From the IMG/VR virus record IMGVR_UViG_3300046171_000252, positions 1-64,000 of that record: a stretch of DNA of 64,000 bases; one strand, given 5' to 3'. The translations under genes and the position numbers were made by a program. The notes under the pieces are model-generated. The model was not told the DNA's origin. It saw only the letters and a program-made list of their open reading frames with translations, and searched no databases. This document shows, piece by piece, positions 18,095-28,332 of this stretch (the stretch's first letter is position 1; the number at the start of each line of letters is the position of its first letter).

Positions 18095-18850
18095 ATGCCT
18101 AGAAGAAAAAAGACTTCAGAAGAATCTATTGGAGTAGGTATGACTTCAATAAGAATGAAAAAGAAGAAACCTTTGAGTGCCAATTATTTGGTTGATATTA
18201 AACCTCTTTCTGACAATCAACAAAGGTTATTTGATTCATATAATAATGACAAACATTTAGTCGCATATGGATGTGCCGGTACAGGTAAGACTTTTATTAC
18301 TCTCTATAATGCATTGAAAGATGTTCTGGACGAGAATACTCCATATGAAAATGTGTATATCGTCAGATCTCTGATTGCCACTCGCGAGATTGGATTTCTG
18401 CCGGGAGATCATGAAGACAAGTCTTCTCTTTATCAGATTCCATACAAATCTATGGTAAAGTATATGTTCCAGATGACATCTGATGTGGATTTTGAAATGC
18501 TGTATGGCAATCTCAAAGCACAGGAGACTATCAAATTTTGGAGCACCTCTTTCCTGAGAGGAACAACTCTTGATAATGCAATCATCATCGTTGATGAATT
18601 CCAAAACTTGAATTTTCATGAACTTGATAGTATAATTACTCGTATTGGTGAAAACAGTAAAATTTGTTTCTGTGGTGATGCCAGACAATCAGATTTGACA
18701 AAAACCAATGATCGTAATGGTATTATGGATTTTATGAGTATTTTGAGAAAGATGCCTTCTTTTGATGTTATTGAATTTCAAATAGAAGACATTGTTCGTT
18801 CAGGTTTAGTTCGAGAATACATCGTCGCAAAAATAGAAGCAGGTTTGTAA
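18095..18850 (+). CDS. phoH: PhoH-family ATPase
   Basis: GCAGTGKT Walker A, IGFLPG, FLRGTT, IIVDEFQN, GDARQSD, IVRSGLV. Confidence 0.96.
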   Translation: MPRRKKTSEESIGVGMTSIRMKKKKPLSANYLVDIKPLSDNQQRLFDSYNNDKHLVAYGCAGTGKTFITLYNALKDVLDENTPYENVYIVRSLIATREIGFLPGDHEDKSSLYQIPYKSMVKYMFQMTSDVDFEMLYGNLKAQETIKFWSTSFLRGTTLDNAIIIVDEFQNLNFHELDSIITRIGENSKICFCGDARQSDLTKTNDRNGIMDFMSILRKMPSFDVIEFQIEDIVRSGLVREYIVAKIEAGL

Positions 18851-19530
18851 TGTTTAATCATGTTGATTTGAATCTCTCTCCTCTTGAGAGGGAGACTATT
18901 GATGGAGTCCGATACTATTCCGTTCCTCATGAAGAAGAACTCTTAAAACTAGTTTCCATCACTTCTGTAACCAGTCATTTTAATAAAGAGATTTTTGTTA
19001 AGTGGCGAAAAAAGGTTGGTGATGAAGAAGCAAATCGTGTCACAAAGGCTGCAACTGGTCGTGGAACGGATCTGCATACTTTGGTAGAATATCATCTCAA
19101 AAATGAAAATCTTCCTAAAGTTCGCCCTATTTCTGAGTTCTTATTTAAGATTTCTAAAGGAACTTTGAGAAACATTGACAATATTCATGCTCTAGAAACT
19201 TCCCTATATAGTAAGCAGTTAGGAATTGCGGGAACGGTTGATTGTATTGCAGAATATGATGGTGAGTTAGCAATAATTGACTTCAAGACTTCTAAGAAAC
19301 CGAAACCAAGAAATTGGATCGAAAACTATTTTGTCCAATGTGCGGCATATGCATGTATGCTGTATGAAATGACTGGTATTCCGGTCAAAAAATTTGTAAT
19401 CATTATGGCTTGTGAAAATGGAGAATGCGTCGTCTACGAAGAACGAGACAAATCAAAGTACATCAAACTTCTTACCGAATACATTAGAAAGTTTGTTACA
19501 GATAAATTGGAACTCTATGGAACCGAATAA
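18850..19530 (+). CDS. PD-(D/E)XK (RecB/Cas4-like) exonuclease
   Basis: SITSV, RGTDLH, AGTVDC, IIDFKTS, QCAAY. Confidence 0.9.
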   Translation: MFNHVDLNLSPLERETIDGVRYYSVPHEEELLKLVSITSVTSHFNKEIFVKWRKKVGDEEANRVTKAATGRGTDLHTLVEYHLKNENLPKVRPISEFLFKISKGTLRNIDNIHALETSLYSKQLGIAGTVDCIAEYDGELAIIDFKTSKKPKPRNWIENYFVQCAAYACMLYEMTGIPVKKFVIIMACENGECVVYEERDKSKYIKLLTEYIRKFVTDKLELYGTE

Positions 19531-19777
19531 AGAACTAGAGAAAGCGTTAGAAAGTAAATTTCTGACACCATCTAAGTTTTCTATGGAGATAGAAACCATA
19601 GTAGCAAAGGAAGGTATGAATTATATTGATGCCATTTGCTACTATTGCGAAATTAATAGTATTGAGGTAGACTCAGTAACAAAATTAATTTCAAAACCAC
19701 TGAAAGAAAGATTAAAGTATGATGCTATTAATCTTAATTTCATGAAGAAAACTTCAAGAGCAAAACTTCCACTATGA
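19517..19777 (+). CDS. gp33: Late transcription coactivator gp33
   Basis: NYIDAI..YCE....E...V.KLISKPLKERL..DA..LNF. Confidence 0.88.
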   Translation: MEPNKELEKALESKFLTPSKFSMEIETIVAKEGMNYIDAICYYCEINSIEVDSVTKLISKPLKERLKYDAINLNFMKKTSRAKLPL

Positions 19778-19971
19778 TTTCTCATGATGAACTCCTACAT
19801 CTTAAGATGCAGGCAGCAATAAGGGAACATAATATTCCCAAAACCGAGATCAAATATATTGGTCCCGGTGAAGGAACACACTGGTATCTAATTGCCAATA
19901 AGCACAGTGTTCCTGTTAATATGATTGAAGAATTTGAAAGAGTAGATGATGTTGAAAGTGACCCCGTTTGA
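19774..19971 (+). CDS. Hypothetical protein
   Basis: ORF coupled between gp33 and gp59. Confidence 0.65.
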   Translation: MISHDELLHLKMQAAIREHNIPKTEIKYIGPGEGTHWYLIANKHSVPVNMIEEFERVDDVESDPV

Positions 19972-20554
19972 AACATACCAGCACTATCTTTCATTAAAGA
20001 ATCATTTTACAAATCCAAAATATGATTTCTTTAAATATGGTGCAAAGACCCGTGCTTCAATGGCATCATTTAATAAAAGGAAGGATAAGTATTGGTTTGA
20101 AAAAACTTCCCGTAAGTATTCTAATAAAGAAATTGTTAATTTCCTTGTATCTAATTTTGTTTCCACCGACAACCCACAAAACCTATGGATTGGAGAAATT
20201 ATCAATTCTGGCGAAAGAAAGTACGCCGATTGGATGAAACGTCAGCAGAGTTTGACTTACTTATTCAAAGAACAAAGCAACGAATTACTATCGGAGAACG
20301 ACTTGGAGAGTCTATTCGATTGCTCCAGGGGACATCCCAAAATCCTAAAAAAATTTCTAGGAGGGAACATCTCTCTAGAAACTTTAACAATCTACGAAAT
20401 CATCTTCCATTTTTCAAAAAATTTCGATAAGAAGTTAAATGATCCGGTGTGGGAATCCGTCAATTTAAAAATAAAAAAATATACTCCCTTTCTAAATATT
20501 AATGTGTTCAACCATAAAAAAATAATAAAGGAGATTCTTGGTAATGGCTCTTAA
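19946..20554 (+). CDS. gp59: Helicase loader gp59
   Basis: YLSLKNHFT..KYDFFKY.AK, FNKRKDKYWFEK. Confidence 0.92.
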   Translation: MMLKVTPFETYQHYLSLKNHFTNPKYDFFKYGAKTRASMASFNKRKDKYWFEKTSRKYSNKEIVNFLVSNFVSTDNPQNLWIGEIINSGERKYADWMKRQQSLTYLFKEQSNELLSENDLESLFDCSRGHPKILKKFLGGNISLETLTIYEIIFHFSKNFDKKLNDPVWESVNLKIKKYTPFLNINVFNHKKIIKEILGNGS

Positions 20555-20741
20555 AAATGATGAAGTTCTTGCTCGTTTGCAGGAACAACTTGTTCAAACA
20601 AATGAAGAATTAACTGTTTTATCTAACACCCGCTTAAAGTTAATGGGTGCTATTGATGTCTTAATGCAAATTGAAAATAGTAAAGTTCAAGAAGAACAAA
20701 GTGAAGAACAAGAAGAAAACGTAGAAGAAGGAGAAGAGTAA
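20544..20741 (+). CDS. Hypothetical coiled-coil protein
   Basis: ORF with GGAG SD and an acidic tail. Confidence 0.65.
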   Translation: MALKNDEVLARLQEQLVQTNEELTVLSNTRLKLMGAIDVLMQIENSKVQEEQSEEQEENVEEGEE

Positions 20742-20742
20742 T

Positions 20743-21069
20743 ATGAGTTTTTTTAACTCTGAAATTGTTCGGGAAGAACTGGAAACTATTAATGAATTAC
20801 AAAATGATATATTTGAAGAATTATCATCTTTTCCCAATTTAACTACGCAACAAAAAAACGAACACATTGAAAAAATGACATCATTGTTGGAAAAGCAACA
20901 ACTGATGTATACGAGAGTGTCTCTTTCTGATGATCCGCAAGCGATTAGAATGAAAGAAGAATTGCAGAAGTCACTTATCTTGATGGGATTCCCGCCCAAT
21001 ACCAATGTCAATACATTTTTCGAAACCATGACTCAGACAATTAAAAATCTGAGATTGAATGTTGACTGA
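20743..21069 (+). CDS. DUF1825-like protein
   Basis: FFNSEIVREE, LEKQQLMYTRVSLSDDP. Confidence 0.75.
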   Translation: MSFFNSEIVREELETINELQNDIFEELSSFPNLTTQQKNEHIEKMTSLLEKQQLMYTRVSLSDDPQAIRMKEELQKSLILMGFPPNTNVNTFFETMTQTIKNLRLNVD

Positions 21070-21135
21070 CTGCAAAATTTTTGCTATAATATCCAAGTAA
21101 ATCCAATCAATCCTAATTAATCCGAGGTAATCCAA

Positions 21136-22050
21136 ATGTCTTTCGCAGACCTTAAAAAGCAATCCAAACTGGGTTCTTTGACTGCCAAACTGGTCAAAGA
21201 AGTAGAGAAGATGAATAATGCAGGTAGTTCAGGTGATGAACGCCTATGGAAACTAGAGTGTGATAAAGGCGGCAATGGTTATGCCGTTATTCGTTTCCTG
21301 CCTGCTCCTGAAGGAGAAGACCTTCCATTTGTAAAACTATACTCCCATGCCTTCCAAGGTCCTGGTGGATGGTATATTGAAAACTCTCTGACTACTCTGG
21401 GTCAGAAAGACCCTGTGTCAGAGTACAATACTTCTCTGTGGAACAATGGCACAGATGCAGGTAAAGAAACCGCACGTAAGCAGAAGCGTAAACTGACTTA
21501 TGTTGCAAACATCTATGTTGTCAAGGATCCTGCTAATCCTGACAATGAAGGTAGAGTCATGCTCTATAAATTCGGTAAGAAAATCTTTGACAAACTCACT
21601 GCTGCAATGCAACCCGAGTTTGAAGATGAGGAAGCAATTGATCCATTTGACTTCTGGCAGGGTGCTAACTTCAAGTTGAAGGCAAAGAACGTTGCCGGTT
21701 ATCGTAATTATGACTCTTCTGAGTTTGCCCGTCAGGATGCTCTCCTAGACGACGACGATGCGATGGAAGGAATCTGGAAGAAAGAATATTCTCTTGCAGA
21801 ATTCGTTGGTGCCGATCAATTCAAATCTTATGAAGACTTGAAGAAGCGTCTTGGATATGTTCTAGGCAACTCAATTCGCAATTCCACAGACGAAGAACTT
21901 GAGGATGAAAGTGAAGGTCGCGGTCCTGTACCTTCTTCACTTCCAGAAAATCTTCAGGATGAACTTAACAGTCTAAAACCGACTGCTTCAGTTGCATCAG
22001 TTGAAGAAGATGATGATACGCTATCTTACTTTGCTAAACTAGCAGAATAA
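21136..22050 (+). CDS. gp32: Single-stranded DNA-binding protein gp32
   Basis: GNGYAVIRFLP, GGWYIEN, YKFGKKIFDK, GYRNYDSSEF, acidic C-terminus. Confidence 0.97.
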   Translation: MSFADLKKQSKLGSLTAKLVKEVEKMNNAGSSGDERLWKLECDKGGNGYAVIRFLPAPEGEDLPFVKLYSHAFQGPGGWYIENSLTTLGQKDPVSEYNTSLWNNGTDAGKETARKQKRKLTYVANIYVVKDPANPDNEGRVMLYKFGKKIFDKLTAAMQPEFEDEEAIDPFDFWQGANFKLKAKNVAGYRNYDSSEFARQDALLDDDDAMEGIWKKEYSLAEFVGADQFKSYEDLKKRLGYVLGNSIRNSTDEELEDESEGRGPVPSSLPENLQDELNSLKPTASVASVEEDDDTLSYFAKLAE

Positions 22051-22054
22051 TTAC

Positions 22055-22079
22055 AAGAGGTCTTCGGACCTCTTTTTTT
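22055..22079. terminator. Bidirectional intrinsic terminator with UUCG loop
   Basis: AGAGGTC-TTCG-GACCTCT plus T-run between convergent gp32 and gp53. Confidence 0.9.
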
Positions 22080-22725
22080 ATGGTGAGGTTATTCTAGTAT
22101 TCTCTGTTCTTATCAAATTCTCATTCACATATTCAGATGATCTAGAGTAAATCATTTCTTCACGCATATCATTAAGGAATTGTTGCAGATATGATTCTTT
22201 TAGAAGAAAAATTGACCTCTTGGCATCATTCTTTCTAACTTCATATTCATAGTTAGAGATTCCATTGATTGGAGATATTGTTTCGATATAAAAGTCAGGA
22301 TTTGGAATTTTAAAAGTAGAATCAACAACCTTACCTTTGGGTAAAATCAATCTACCATTAGCATCTTTTACTTCTCTAGTTTCATAGTGATGCACATCAT
22401 TTAATTGAGTGCCATAAAGTTCTAGTGAATAATTATAAATCTGTCTATCCGAGAGTGGCCATTCATTTCTAACATTAATAATACCGGCAGTCATCAGAAC
22501 AACCCAATCAAGTTCTGCATCACCATATAATTCTTCTGCCACAGTATCGGGTCTTGCACCCTCTACAATCTCATACTTATTGAAGATAGTAAAAACACTC
22601 TGCAAGTCATCACGAAGTTTGCATCTCCTGAAGAGATTCTTGACTCTTAGATAGTTTGAAGATGAATCACTATCAGATAAAAATGACTGATAGTCTAGTT
22701 CTGGTAGTTCTCTGAAGTATCCCAT
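22078..22725 (-). CDS. gp53: Baseplate wedge subunit gp53
   Basis: YF..LP...Y, KNLFRR, GARPDTVAEELYGD..LDWVVL..N. Confidence 0.88.
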   Translation of the reverse strand: MGYFRELPELDYQSFLSDSDSSSNYLRVKNLFRRCKLRDDLQSVFTIFNKYEIVEGARPDTVAEELYGDAELDWVVLMTAGIINVRNEWPLSDRQIYNYSLELYGTQLNDVHHYETREVKDANGRLILPKGKVVDSTFKIPNPDFYIETISPINGISNYEYEVRKNDAKRSIFLLKESYLQQFLNDMREEMIYSRSSEYVNENLIRTENTRITSP

Positions 22726-22726
22726 T

Positions 22727-23818
22727 TTAGTATCCTACTCCTCCTGGGGCTAATATAATATCATCGCCCATGGCATCGCTTGTATAATTATCATCATAAT
22801 CAATATCATAAATTGGTGCGAGTTCTTTAAATGCTAAAGTCATCTCCATAGAAACTGGTGTTCCATCATCATAAGTTGAATACACACCTTCACCAGTATA
22901 ATTTACAGAAATATTTTCCAAGAAACACTGTTTAAATCTATGTAAGAACTGATGTTCTCCATTTCCTTGTCGATATCTTAATTCAAAAACATTAGGTGTC
23001 TTTAAGAATAAATTTCCAGAACCTGCTTTAGGAGCCATGCCTCTTTTGAAAAATCTAATTATCTGTTTTATCTCTTCTGCCTCACTTGAACTTCTTGGCA
23101 TCATCTTAAAGGTAAAATTAAAATTTCTCAGTGATGGTCCATTGAAAAGTAACTCCATGTTTGGGTTAAAGACCTGACCACTTTCTCTTGCCAATAATTG
23201 ATTAATGGAAACATTAGCACCAAAAAGGTTGACAGCTTGGGAGGCAAAATATTTTGTCGCTATATCTTGAGCGTTCTGAAGATCAATTCCACTTGCTCTT
23301 AATCCACCTCCGGCTTGTTCTACAAATATTTTTCCTGCTGTTCCAAAGTCTCCTCTGAGTACTGCTGGACCCACACCTTTCATTATTCCCTCTACCGAAC
23401 CCAATCCGGCACCAATTAATGAATTCATGCTGTCATCAGTATAATTTACTGAATTGCCATCTTGAATATTTGAAGGTATTGGAAGTAGAATAGTTCCTAA
23501 TGGTTGCTTATTGCTATTTCTCCTAAATCCTGATCTAATATCACGGGAATAACTACTGTACTTAGTTCTGTTTGCGCCAGTATCGTATGTTTCTTTTTTT
23601 GTGGGAATATCTGGACCAGGTGGTCCAACAAAAGTTGAATCTACAGGTACATCTCTAGTTCCCATAACATCTTCTTGCCCATCGGCCCGGGCAACAGGAA
23701 CATAATCCAACATATCAATCTGAAGATAATCGGTCCCAGCCGTAAACATCTTCAGTGGATATCTCAGAACTTGTTTATTGCGACCTCTACCACTACGATT
23801 AAATTTTACGGCTGCCAT
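22727..23818 (-). CDS. gp48: Baseplate tail-tube cap gp48
   Basis: NPNMELLFNGPSLRNFNFTFKMMPRS..EA..IKQIIRFFK. Confidence 0.85.
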   Translation of the reverse strand: MAAVKFNRSGRGRNKQVLRYPLKMFTAGTDYLQIDMLDYVPVARADGQEDVMGTRDVPVDSTFVGPPGPDIPTKKETYDTGANRTKYSSYSRDIRSGFRRNSNKQPLGTILLPIPSNIQDGNSVNYTDDSMNSLIGAGLGSVEGIMKGVGPAVLRGDFGTAGKIFVEQAGGGLRASGIDLQNAQDIATKYFASQAVNLFGANVSINQLLARESGQVFNPNMELLFNGPSLRNFNFTFKMMPRSSSEAEEIKQIIRFFKRGMAPKAGSGNLFLKTPNVFELRYRQGNGEHQFLHRFKQCFLENISVNYTGEGVYSTYDDGTPVSMEMTLAFKELAPIYDIDYDDNYTSDAMGDDIILAPGGVGY

Positions 23819-23843
23819 TACATGACTATTTTCGTTTCCATAT

Positions 23844-24191
23844 TTATTTAGTCACGAATTTCGCATAATTAATATTTTTTAAATCATCAAACTCATCAAT
23901 ATCAACAATATAAAGTTGTCCTGCAAGTTCTGCCCATGTATATGCTCTAGATTGTCTCCAGTGCATGTTAATTCCTACGAATCCCCACTGATAAACTCCG
24001 GTGCAGGCAATAAGTGGATGTTGATCATATTCAATGTTAGGTGTCTTTGCATTATAAACAAAAGTATAATAACCACCAGGATCAGGAACAGGAGTCACTG
24101 TTCCATTCAGAGCACTCATGATTTCCATCATTTGGTCTTCTGGATTAGTCATTCCGATAATCTTATCTTTAATTTTTTCTATACGATTCAT
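23844..24191 (-). CDS. gp2 DNA end protector-like protein, short form
   Basis: GGYYTFVYNAKT..IEYDQHPLI, GFVGINMHW. Confidence 0.5.
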   Translation of the reverse strand: MNRIEKIKDKIIGMTNPEDQMMEIMSALNGTVTPVPDPGGYYTFVYNAKTPNIEYDQHPLIACTGVYQWGFVGINMHWRQSRAYTWAELAGQLYIVDIDEFDDLKNINYAKFVTK

Positions 24192-24625
24192 CTGATACCC
24201 AACTCATCCTCTGTTAGAACTTTGAACTCCCATTGTCTATCTTCACAGAATTCTTTTGCTGCTTTCCACTTTGCCTGATTCTTGGCATACTCACAAACTT
24301 CATAGACATAACCCTTAGTCTTTCTTTTCTGAACTTTGGGTTCAATGCATTGTTTTTTAGGTTTGATTTCAATCACGTATTTTTTAATCTTACCACCTCT
24401 TTCTTTAACCTTGATATAAAAGTCAGGAAAGTATCTGTGATATCTATTATCAATGGGTGAAACATATGGTAATACAATCTCTTCACTTCCCCATTCTAAT
24501 ATATTCTCATTGGAATCACAATATTTCATAAACTTTAATTCCCACAAAGACCTATAAACAATATTAGTATAATCACCTCTATATTTTTCTGGATATGATG
24601 GACGATATTTTCCCTTATAAGACAT
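24188..24625 (-). CDS. gp4: Head completion nuclease gp4
   Basis: YRSLWE, WGSEE..LPY, HRYFPDF, IEIKP, NQAKWKAA. Confidence 0.92.
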   Translation of the reverse strand: MSYKGKYRPSYPEKYRGDYTNIVYRSLWELKFMKYCDSNENILEWGSEEIVLPYVSPIDNRYHRYFPDFYIKVKERGGKIKKYVIEIKPKKQCIEPKVQKRKTKGYVYEVCEYAKNQAKWKAAKEFCEDRQWEFKVLTEDELGIR

Positions 24626-24665
24626 CTAAATACTTAATAATGTAATACTCCTGAAAGGTATTTAG
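24626..24665. promoter_or_regulatory. Divergent pair of late promoters (CTAAATAC on each strand)
   Basis: CTAAATAC at 24626-24633 and its reverse complement GTATTTAG at 24658-24665. Confidence 0.5.
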
Positions 24666-24666
24666 A

Positions 24667-25719
24667 GTGGCAAATAGGATAGTTAAAAAGTTTGCGATGA
24701 AGGATATGAGAGAATTGGTCGGTGACCTTTCTCAGACAAATCATTATATGGTAAGTTTTTCTACATTGAATTCCACTCTGATGAGTTATATTCAAAAAAG
24801 AATTGGTTTTCAAGAAGATGTAAGAAATTTTTTATCTAGAAAAACTGGTCTTCTTTGTTCTGAGGCATCATTGCCAACGAGTTCATTTGCAACTGGTGAA
24901 GTACGAGATAATTTCATGGGTATTCCTCAGGAGTTTGCTCATACTCGTTTATATACTGATATTGACTTTACATTCTATGTTGATACGAATTATGTCAACC
25001 TAAAAATATTTGAATCATGGATGGATTATATTAGCGGTGGATCAGAAGCAGAAATATCAGAATTAAATGAGGACTATTATAGAAGGATGAGATATCCTGA
25101 TACTTATAAAGTTCAGACGATGTTCATCTCAAAGTTTGAAAGAGATTTCAACTCTCAAATAGATTATCAATTTATTAATGCATTTCCAAAATTAGTCACC
25201 GCAATTCCTGTATCGTATGGTGCGGCAGATTTACTAAAAGTTTCCGTCCAATTTACATATGACCGATACATTGTGAACCCCAGAGGATCTATCAAAAAAT
25301 CAAACACAAGTGGATTTAATGATATTACTCGTGTGGCAAATAATTCAAAGGCAAATGATTTACAAGCATTTATAGAGGATAACACAATATTACCAAATAA
25401 GTTGGCACCTGATCAAGGGTATAGTTCTGAACAATTAGCTATAATAGGAAATGGAGGATTTATAGAAACTGTTATTGATGAATCAACAGCAAACCCAGCA
25501 AAGAAAATATTAGAAAGACAACCTACATCCGGCGTACAGATGACAGAACGACCACCATATGAACAACCTTTTGATCGACCCGGAGATCAATCTGCTGCAG
25601 CAGCAGCTGCAAAGCAGGAAGCAGCAAAATTAAAAAACTACCAGCAAAGACAGAGAGAGGAAGCAGCACTTAAAGCAGATATTGAAGCGAGACGAAAAAT
25701 GTTTGGGACTCCATTTTAA
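24667..25719 (+). CDS. Tail tube-like / baseplate tube initiator (gp54/gp19-like)
   Basis: LLCSEASLP, FAHTRLY, FESWMDYI, FINAFP, VQFTYDRY; position between gp4 and gp26. Confidence 0.65.
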   Translation: MANRIVKKFAMKDMRELVGDLSQTNHYMVSFSTLNSTLMSYIQKRIGFQEDVRNFLSRKTGLLCSEASLPTSSFATGEVRDNFMGIPQEFAHTRLYTDIDFTFYVDTNYVNLKIFESWMDYISGGSEAEISELNEDYYRRMRYPDTYKVQTMFISKFERDFNSQIDYQFINAFPKLVTAIPVSYGAADLLKVSVQFTYDRYIVNPRGSIKKSNTSGFNDITRVANNSKANDLQAFIEDNTILPNKLAPDQGYSSEQLAIIGNGGFIETVIDESTANPAKKILERQPTSGVQMTERPPYEQPFDRPGDQSAAAAAAKQEAAKLKNYQQRQREEAALKADIEARRKMFGTPF

Positions 25720-25733
25720 ATTAAAAATAACTC

Positions 25734-25741
25734 TATAAATA
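25734..25741 (+). promoter_or_regulatory. T4-type late promoter TATAAATA
   Basis: Exact consensus upstream of gp26. Confidence 0.7.
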
Positions 25742-25769
25742 AAATTACTGAAGTGTTATTACAATTACT

Positions 25770-26492
25770 ATGCCTTTACCCAAGATTAATACACCGACTT
25801 ATGAGTTGGTGTTGCCTTCTACCGGAAAGAAGATTAAATATAGACCCTTCCTTGTAAGAGAAGAAAAAATTCTTATTATGGCAATGGAATCTGAGGACAT
25901 GAATCAGATTACCAGCGCAATCATTCAAATCATTAGTGATTGTATCCTAAACAAGGATATCAAAGTAGAATCTTTGGCAACTTTTGATATGGAATATTTG
26001 TTTTTGAATATTCGTGCAAAGTCTGTTGGTGAAACTGTAGAAGTCAATGTGACTTGTCCTGATGATGGTGAAACTCAGGTTGAGATGTCTATCAATATTG
26101 ATGATATCAAAGTTAAAAAGACTAGAGGACATAAGAACATCGTTAAACTTGATGATGAACTTTCAATGAAACTTAAGTATCCATCACTGGATCAGTTTAT
26201 TGAAAATAATTTTGATACAGGGCAGACAAATAATGATATCTCCCAATCCCTTTCAATGATTACTTCATGTATTGAAATGGTCTATAATCAAGAAGAAAGT
26301 TGGGAAGCAAAAGACTGCTCTCAGAAAGAACTCAGTGAGTTTGTAGAACAAATGAATACAAAACAGTTTAAGCAAATTGAAAAGTTTTTTACTACAATGC
26401 CTAAACTATCACATGAGATTGCAGTGAAAAATCCAAATACTGGTGTTGAATCTGAAGTAGTTCTTGAGGGATTAGCATCTTTTTTCAGCTAG
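25770..26492 (+). CDS. gp26: Baseplate hub subunit gp26
   Basis: MPLPKI..PTYEL.LPS, YRPFLVREEKIL, LFLNIRAKSVGE, GLASFF. Confidence 0.9.
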   Translation: MPLPKINTPTYELVLPSTGKKIKYRPFLVREEKILIMAMESEDMNQITSAIIQIISDCILNKDIKVESLATFDMEYLFLNIRAKSVGETVEVNVTCPDDGETQVEMSINIDDIKVKKTRGHKNIVKLDDELSMKLKYPSLDQFIENNFDTGQTNNDISQSLSMITSCIEMVYNQEESWEAKDCSQKELSEFVEQMNTKQFKQIEKFFTTMPKLSHEIAVKNPNTGVESEVVLEGLASFFS

Positions 26493-26494
26493 GT

Positions 26495-26674
26495 ATGTCT
26501 CATACGAATCTTGAGTCATACTTTAAGATAAATTTTGCTTTGATTCAGCATCATAAATACTCTTTAACAGAGATTGAAAATATGATTCCTTGGGAGAAGG
26601 ATATCTATCTAACACTACTTCAACAATACATTGAAGAAGAAAATCTAAAGGCACAACAAAATAGTGGAAACTAA
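26495..26674 (+). CDS. gp51: Baseplate hub assembly catalyst gp51, 59 aa
   Basis: Manually translated: NFALIQHHKYSLTEIENMIPWEKDIY. Confidence 0.85.
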   Translation: MSHTNLESYFKINFALIQHHKYSLTEIENMIPWEKDIYLTLLQQYIEEENLKAQQNSGN

Positions 26675-28328
26675 TCTAGAGCAGCAATCACCAAAACTAA
26701 ATGTTACGAATGTCTCCTCGGCAGTGTTCGGAAAAGAGGAAGGTGCTGCTTTAGGTGGGGAAAGTAGTATTGGAAAACTTGCAAGAATTTTAAGAACTAC
26801 TCGTCTTAAAGTAAATGAAGTTGAAAAAAGTATTACTGGAATATCTGCAAAATTTCTTGAAATAGAAAAAAGAATTACATTAAACACCGAGAATATAACC
26901 GGTAATATAGAAAAGACTGCATCAAATACTGAAAAAATAACAAGTAATATAGAAAAGACCGAAAAAAACGCCGAAGAAATAAAAGGCAATATAAAAAAAA
27001 GCAAAATAAACGCCAAAAAAATAACAAGTATTAAAAACACACTTCAAAATCAAAAAAGTAAAATAGGAGAAAAATTACCCGGAAGCACCGAAGAAAAAGA
27101 AAAGGCAAAGTTAAATACAACACTGACAGAAACCAATAGAATTCTTGTAGAGATTCAGAAGCAACTTGCTTATGACTTTGCCATGAGAGTGGCAGAGGAT
27201 AAACAAGAGGTAGCAGAGGATAAGGAAGCAACATCCAAGAAAAGATTTAAGAGAGAAGAAAGTGCTCTAGAAAAATCTGCAAAGGCCATGGTTTCCACAG
27301 TTAAAACCGCAACCAAGAAAATTGTTTCTCCGATTGGAAATATCTTTGAGAAACTACTGGCATTCATAGGAATTCTTGGTAAAGGTATAGCACTTAATGC
27401 TGCTTTTGAGTTTTTTAAAGATGAAGAGAATAGGAAAAAAATAACTAAATTCTTTAATATTTTAAAAGAAAACTGGCAATTACTTGCAAAAATATTGGGA
27501 GTTATTGGAGGAGCAATTTTACTAGGTAAAATAATTGGATTCATTGGTGCAATGACAAAATTTGGTGGTTTTATTTTAGGACTCGCTGCAAATCCACTTT
27601 TTCTTGCCGGTATTGGAATAATTATGGCAGCTGCTATGCAAGGATTGGGCGAACAAGAAAAAGAAGTTGTAAAACAATTGCAGGATCAAGATAAAGTTAA
27701 TCCTTTTTCGGCGGAAAATAGAAAGAAACTCCTGGAAAAATATAAAGATGAGTTAGACGGAATAATGAAACCAATACCAGGAACCGGACTTAACTATACA
27801 ACTAATCCTTTCATTGAAAATGAACTTAGACATAGAATTAGGTTCTTAGAAACTGGTAGATATGATTACGGCGGAGAAACTTTAACATTTGATTTTGGAG
27901 GTATTCCTTTTTTGGAGAATATTAATATAAATGCAGGTAGTAAGTTTAATTTTGAAACAGGAGAAGCGGAATCTCTTTCTGGTGATGGAAAACCCCCTGG
28001 AATTAGTATTCAACAAAGAGCAATGGGTGGTCCTGTAACAGCAAAAACTCCATATCTCGTGGGAGAATCCGGACCAGAAATCTTTACTCCAAATGTTGAT
28101 GGTTCTGTAATTAATAATATGAGAACAGAAAAAATATACCAAATGCTTTCGACCGGAAAAAAAGGTAGAACGAGAATTGTAGAGTTGCCACCACAAACAA
28201 TTGAAGGACCAAAACCAGAGATTAAAATGCCAAGAGGTCCGGCAACCAAGGCACCCAAGATTTCCAGTTCTAATTCTTTAGATGGTTATAGAAGTGTGAG
28301 TTCTGGAATTTACGGTATAATGGTGTAG
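26664..28328 (+). CDS. Baseplate hub / tape-measure-like protein
   Basis: Coiled coil, hydrophobic segment, RAMGGPV..TPYLVGESGPEIFTP motif. Confidence 0.6.
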   Translation: METNLEQQSPKLNVTNVSSAVFGKEEGAALGGESSIGKLARILRTTRLKVNEVEKSITGISAKFLEIEKRITLNTENITGNIEKTASNTEKITSNIEKTEKNAEEIKGNIKKSKINAKKITSIKNTLQNQKSKIGEKLPGSTEEKEKAKLNTTLTETNRILVEIQKQLAYDFAMRVAEDKQEVAEDKEATSKKRFKREESALEKSAKAMVSTVKTATKKIVSPIGNIFEKLLAFIGILGKGIALNAAFEFFKDEENRKKITKFFNILKENWQLLAKILGVIGGAILLGKIIGFIGAMTKFGGFILGLAANPLFLAGIGIIMAAAMQGLGEQEKEVVKQLQDQDKVNPFSAENRKKLLEKYKDELDGIMKPIPGTGLNYTTNPFIENELRHRIRFLETGRYDYGGETLTFDFGGIPFLENININAGSKFNFETGEAESLSGDGKPPGISIQQRAMGGPVTAKTPYLVGESGPEIFTPNVDGSVINNMRTEKIYQMLSTGKKGRTRIVELPPQTIEGPKPEIKMPRGPATKAPKISSSNSLDGYRSVSSGIYGIMV

Positions 28329-28332
28329 TATC

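Noticed and set aside
18850-19530. Cas4-like nuclease as evidence of CRISPR
   Set aside because: It is the usual solitary exonuclease beside phoH and gp33 in T4-like cyanophages.
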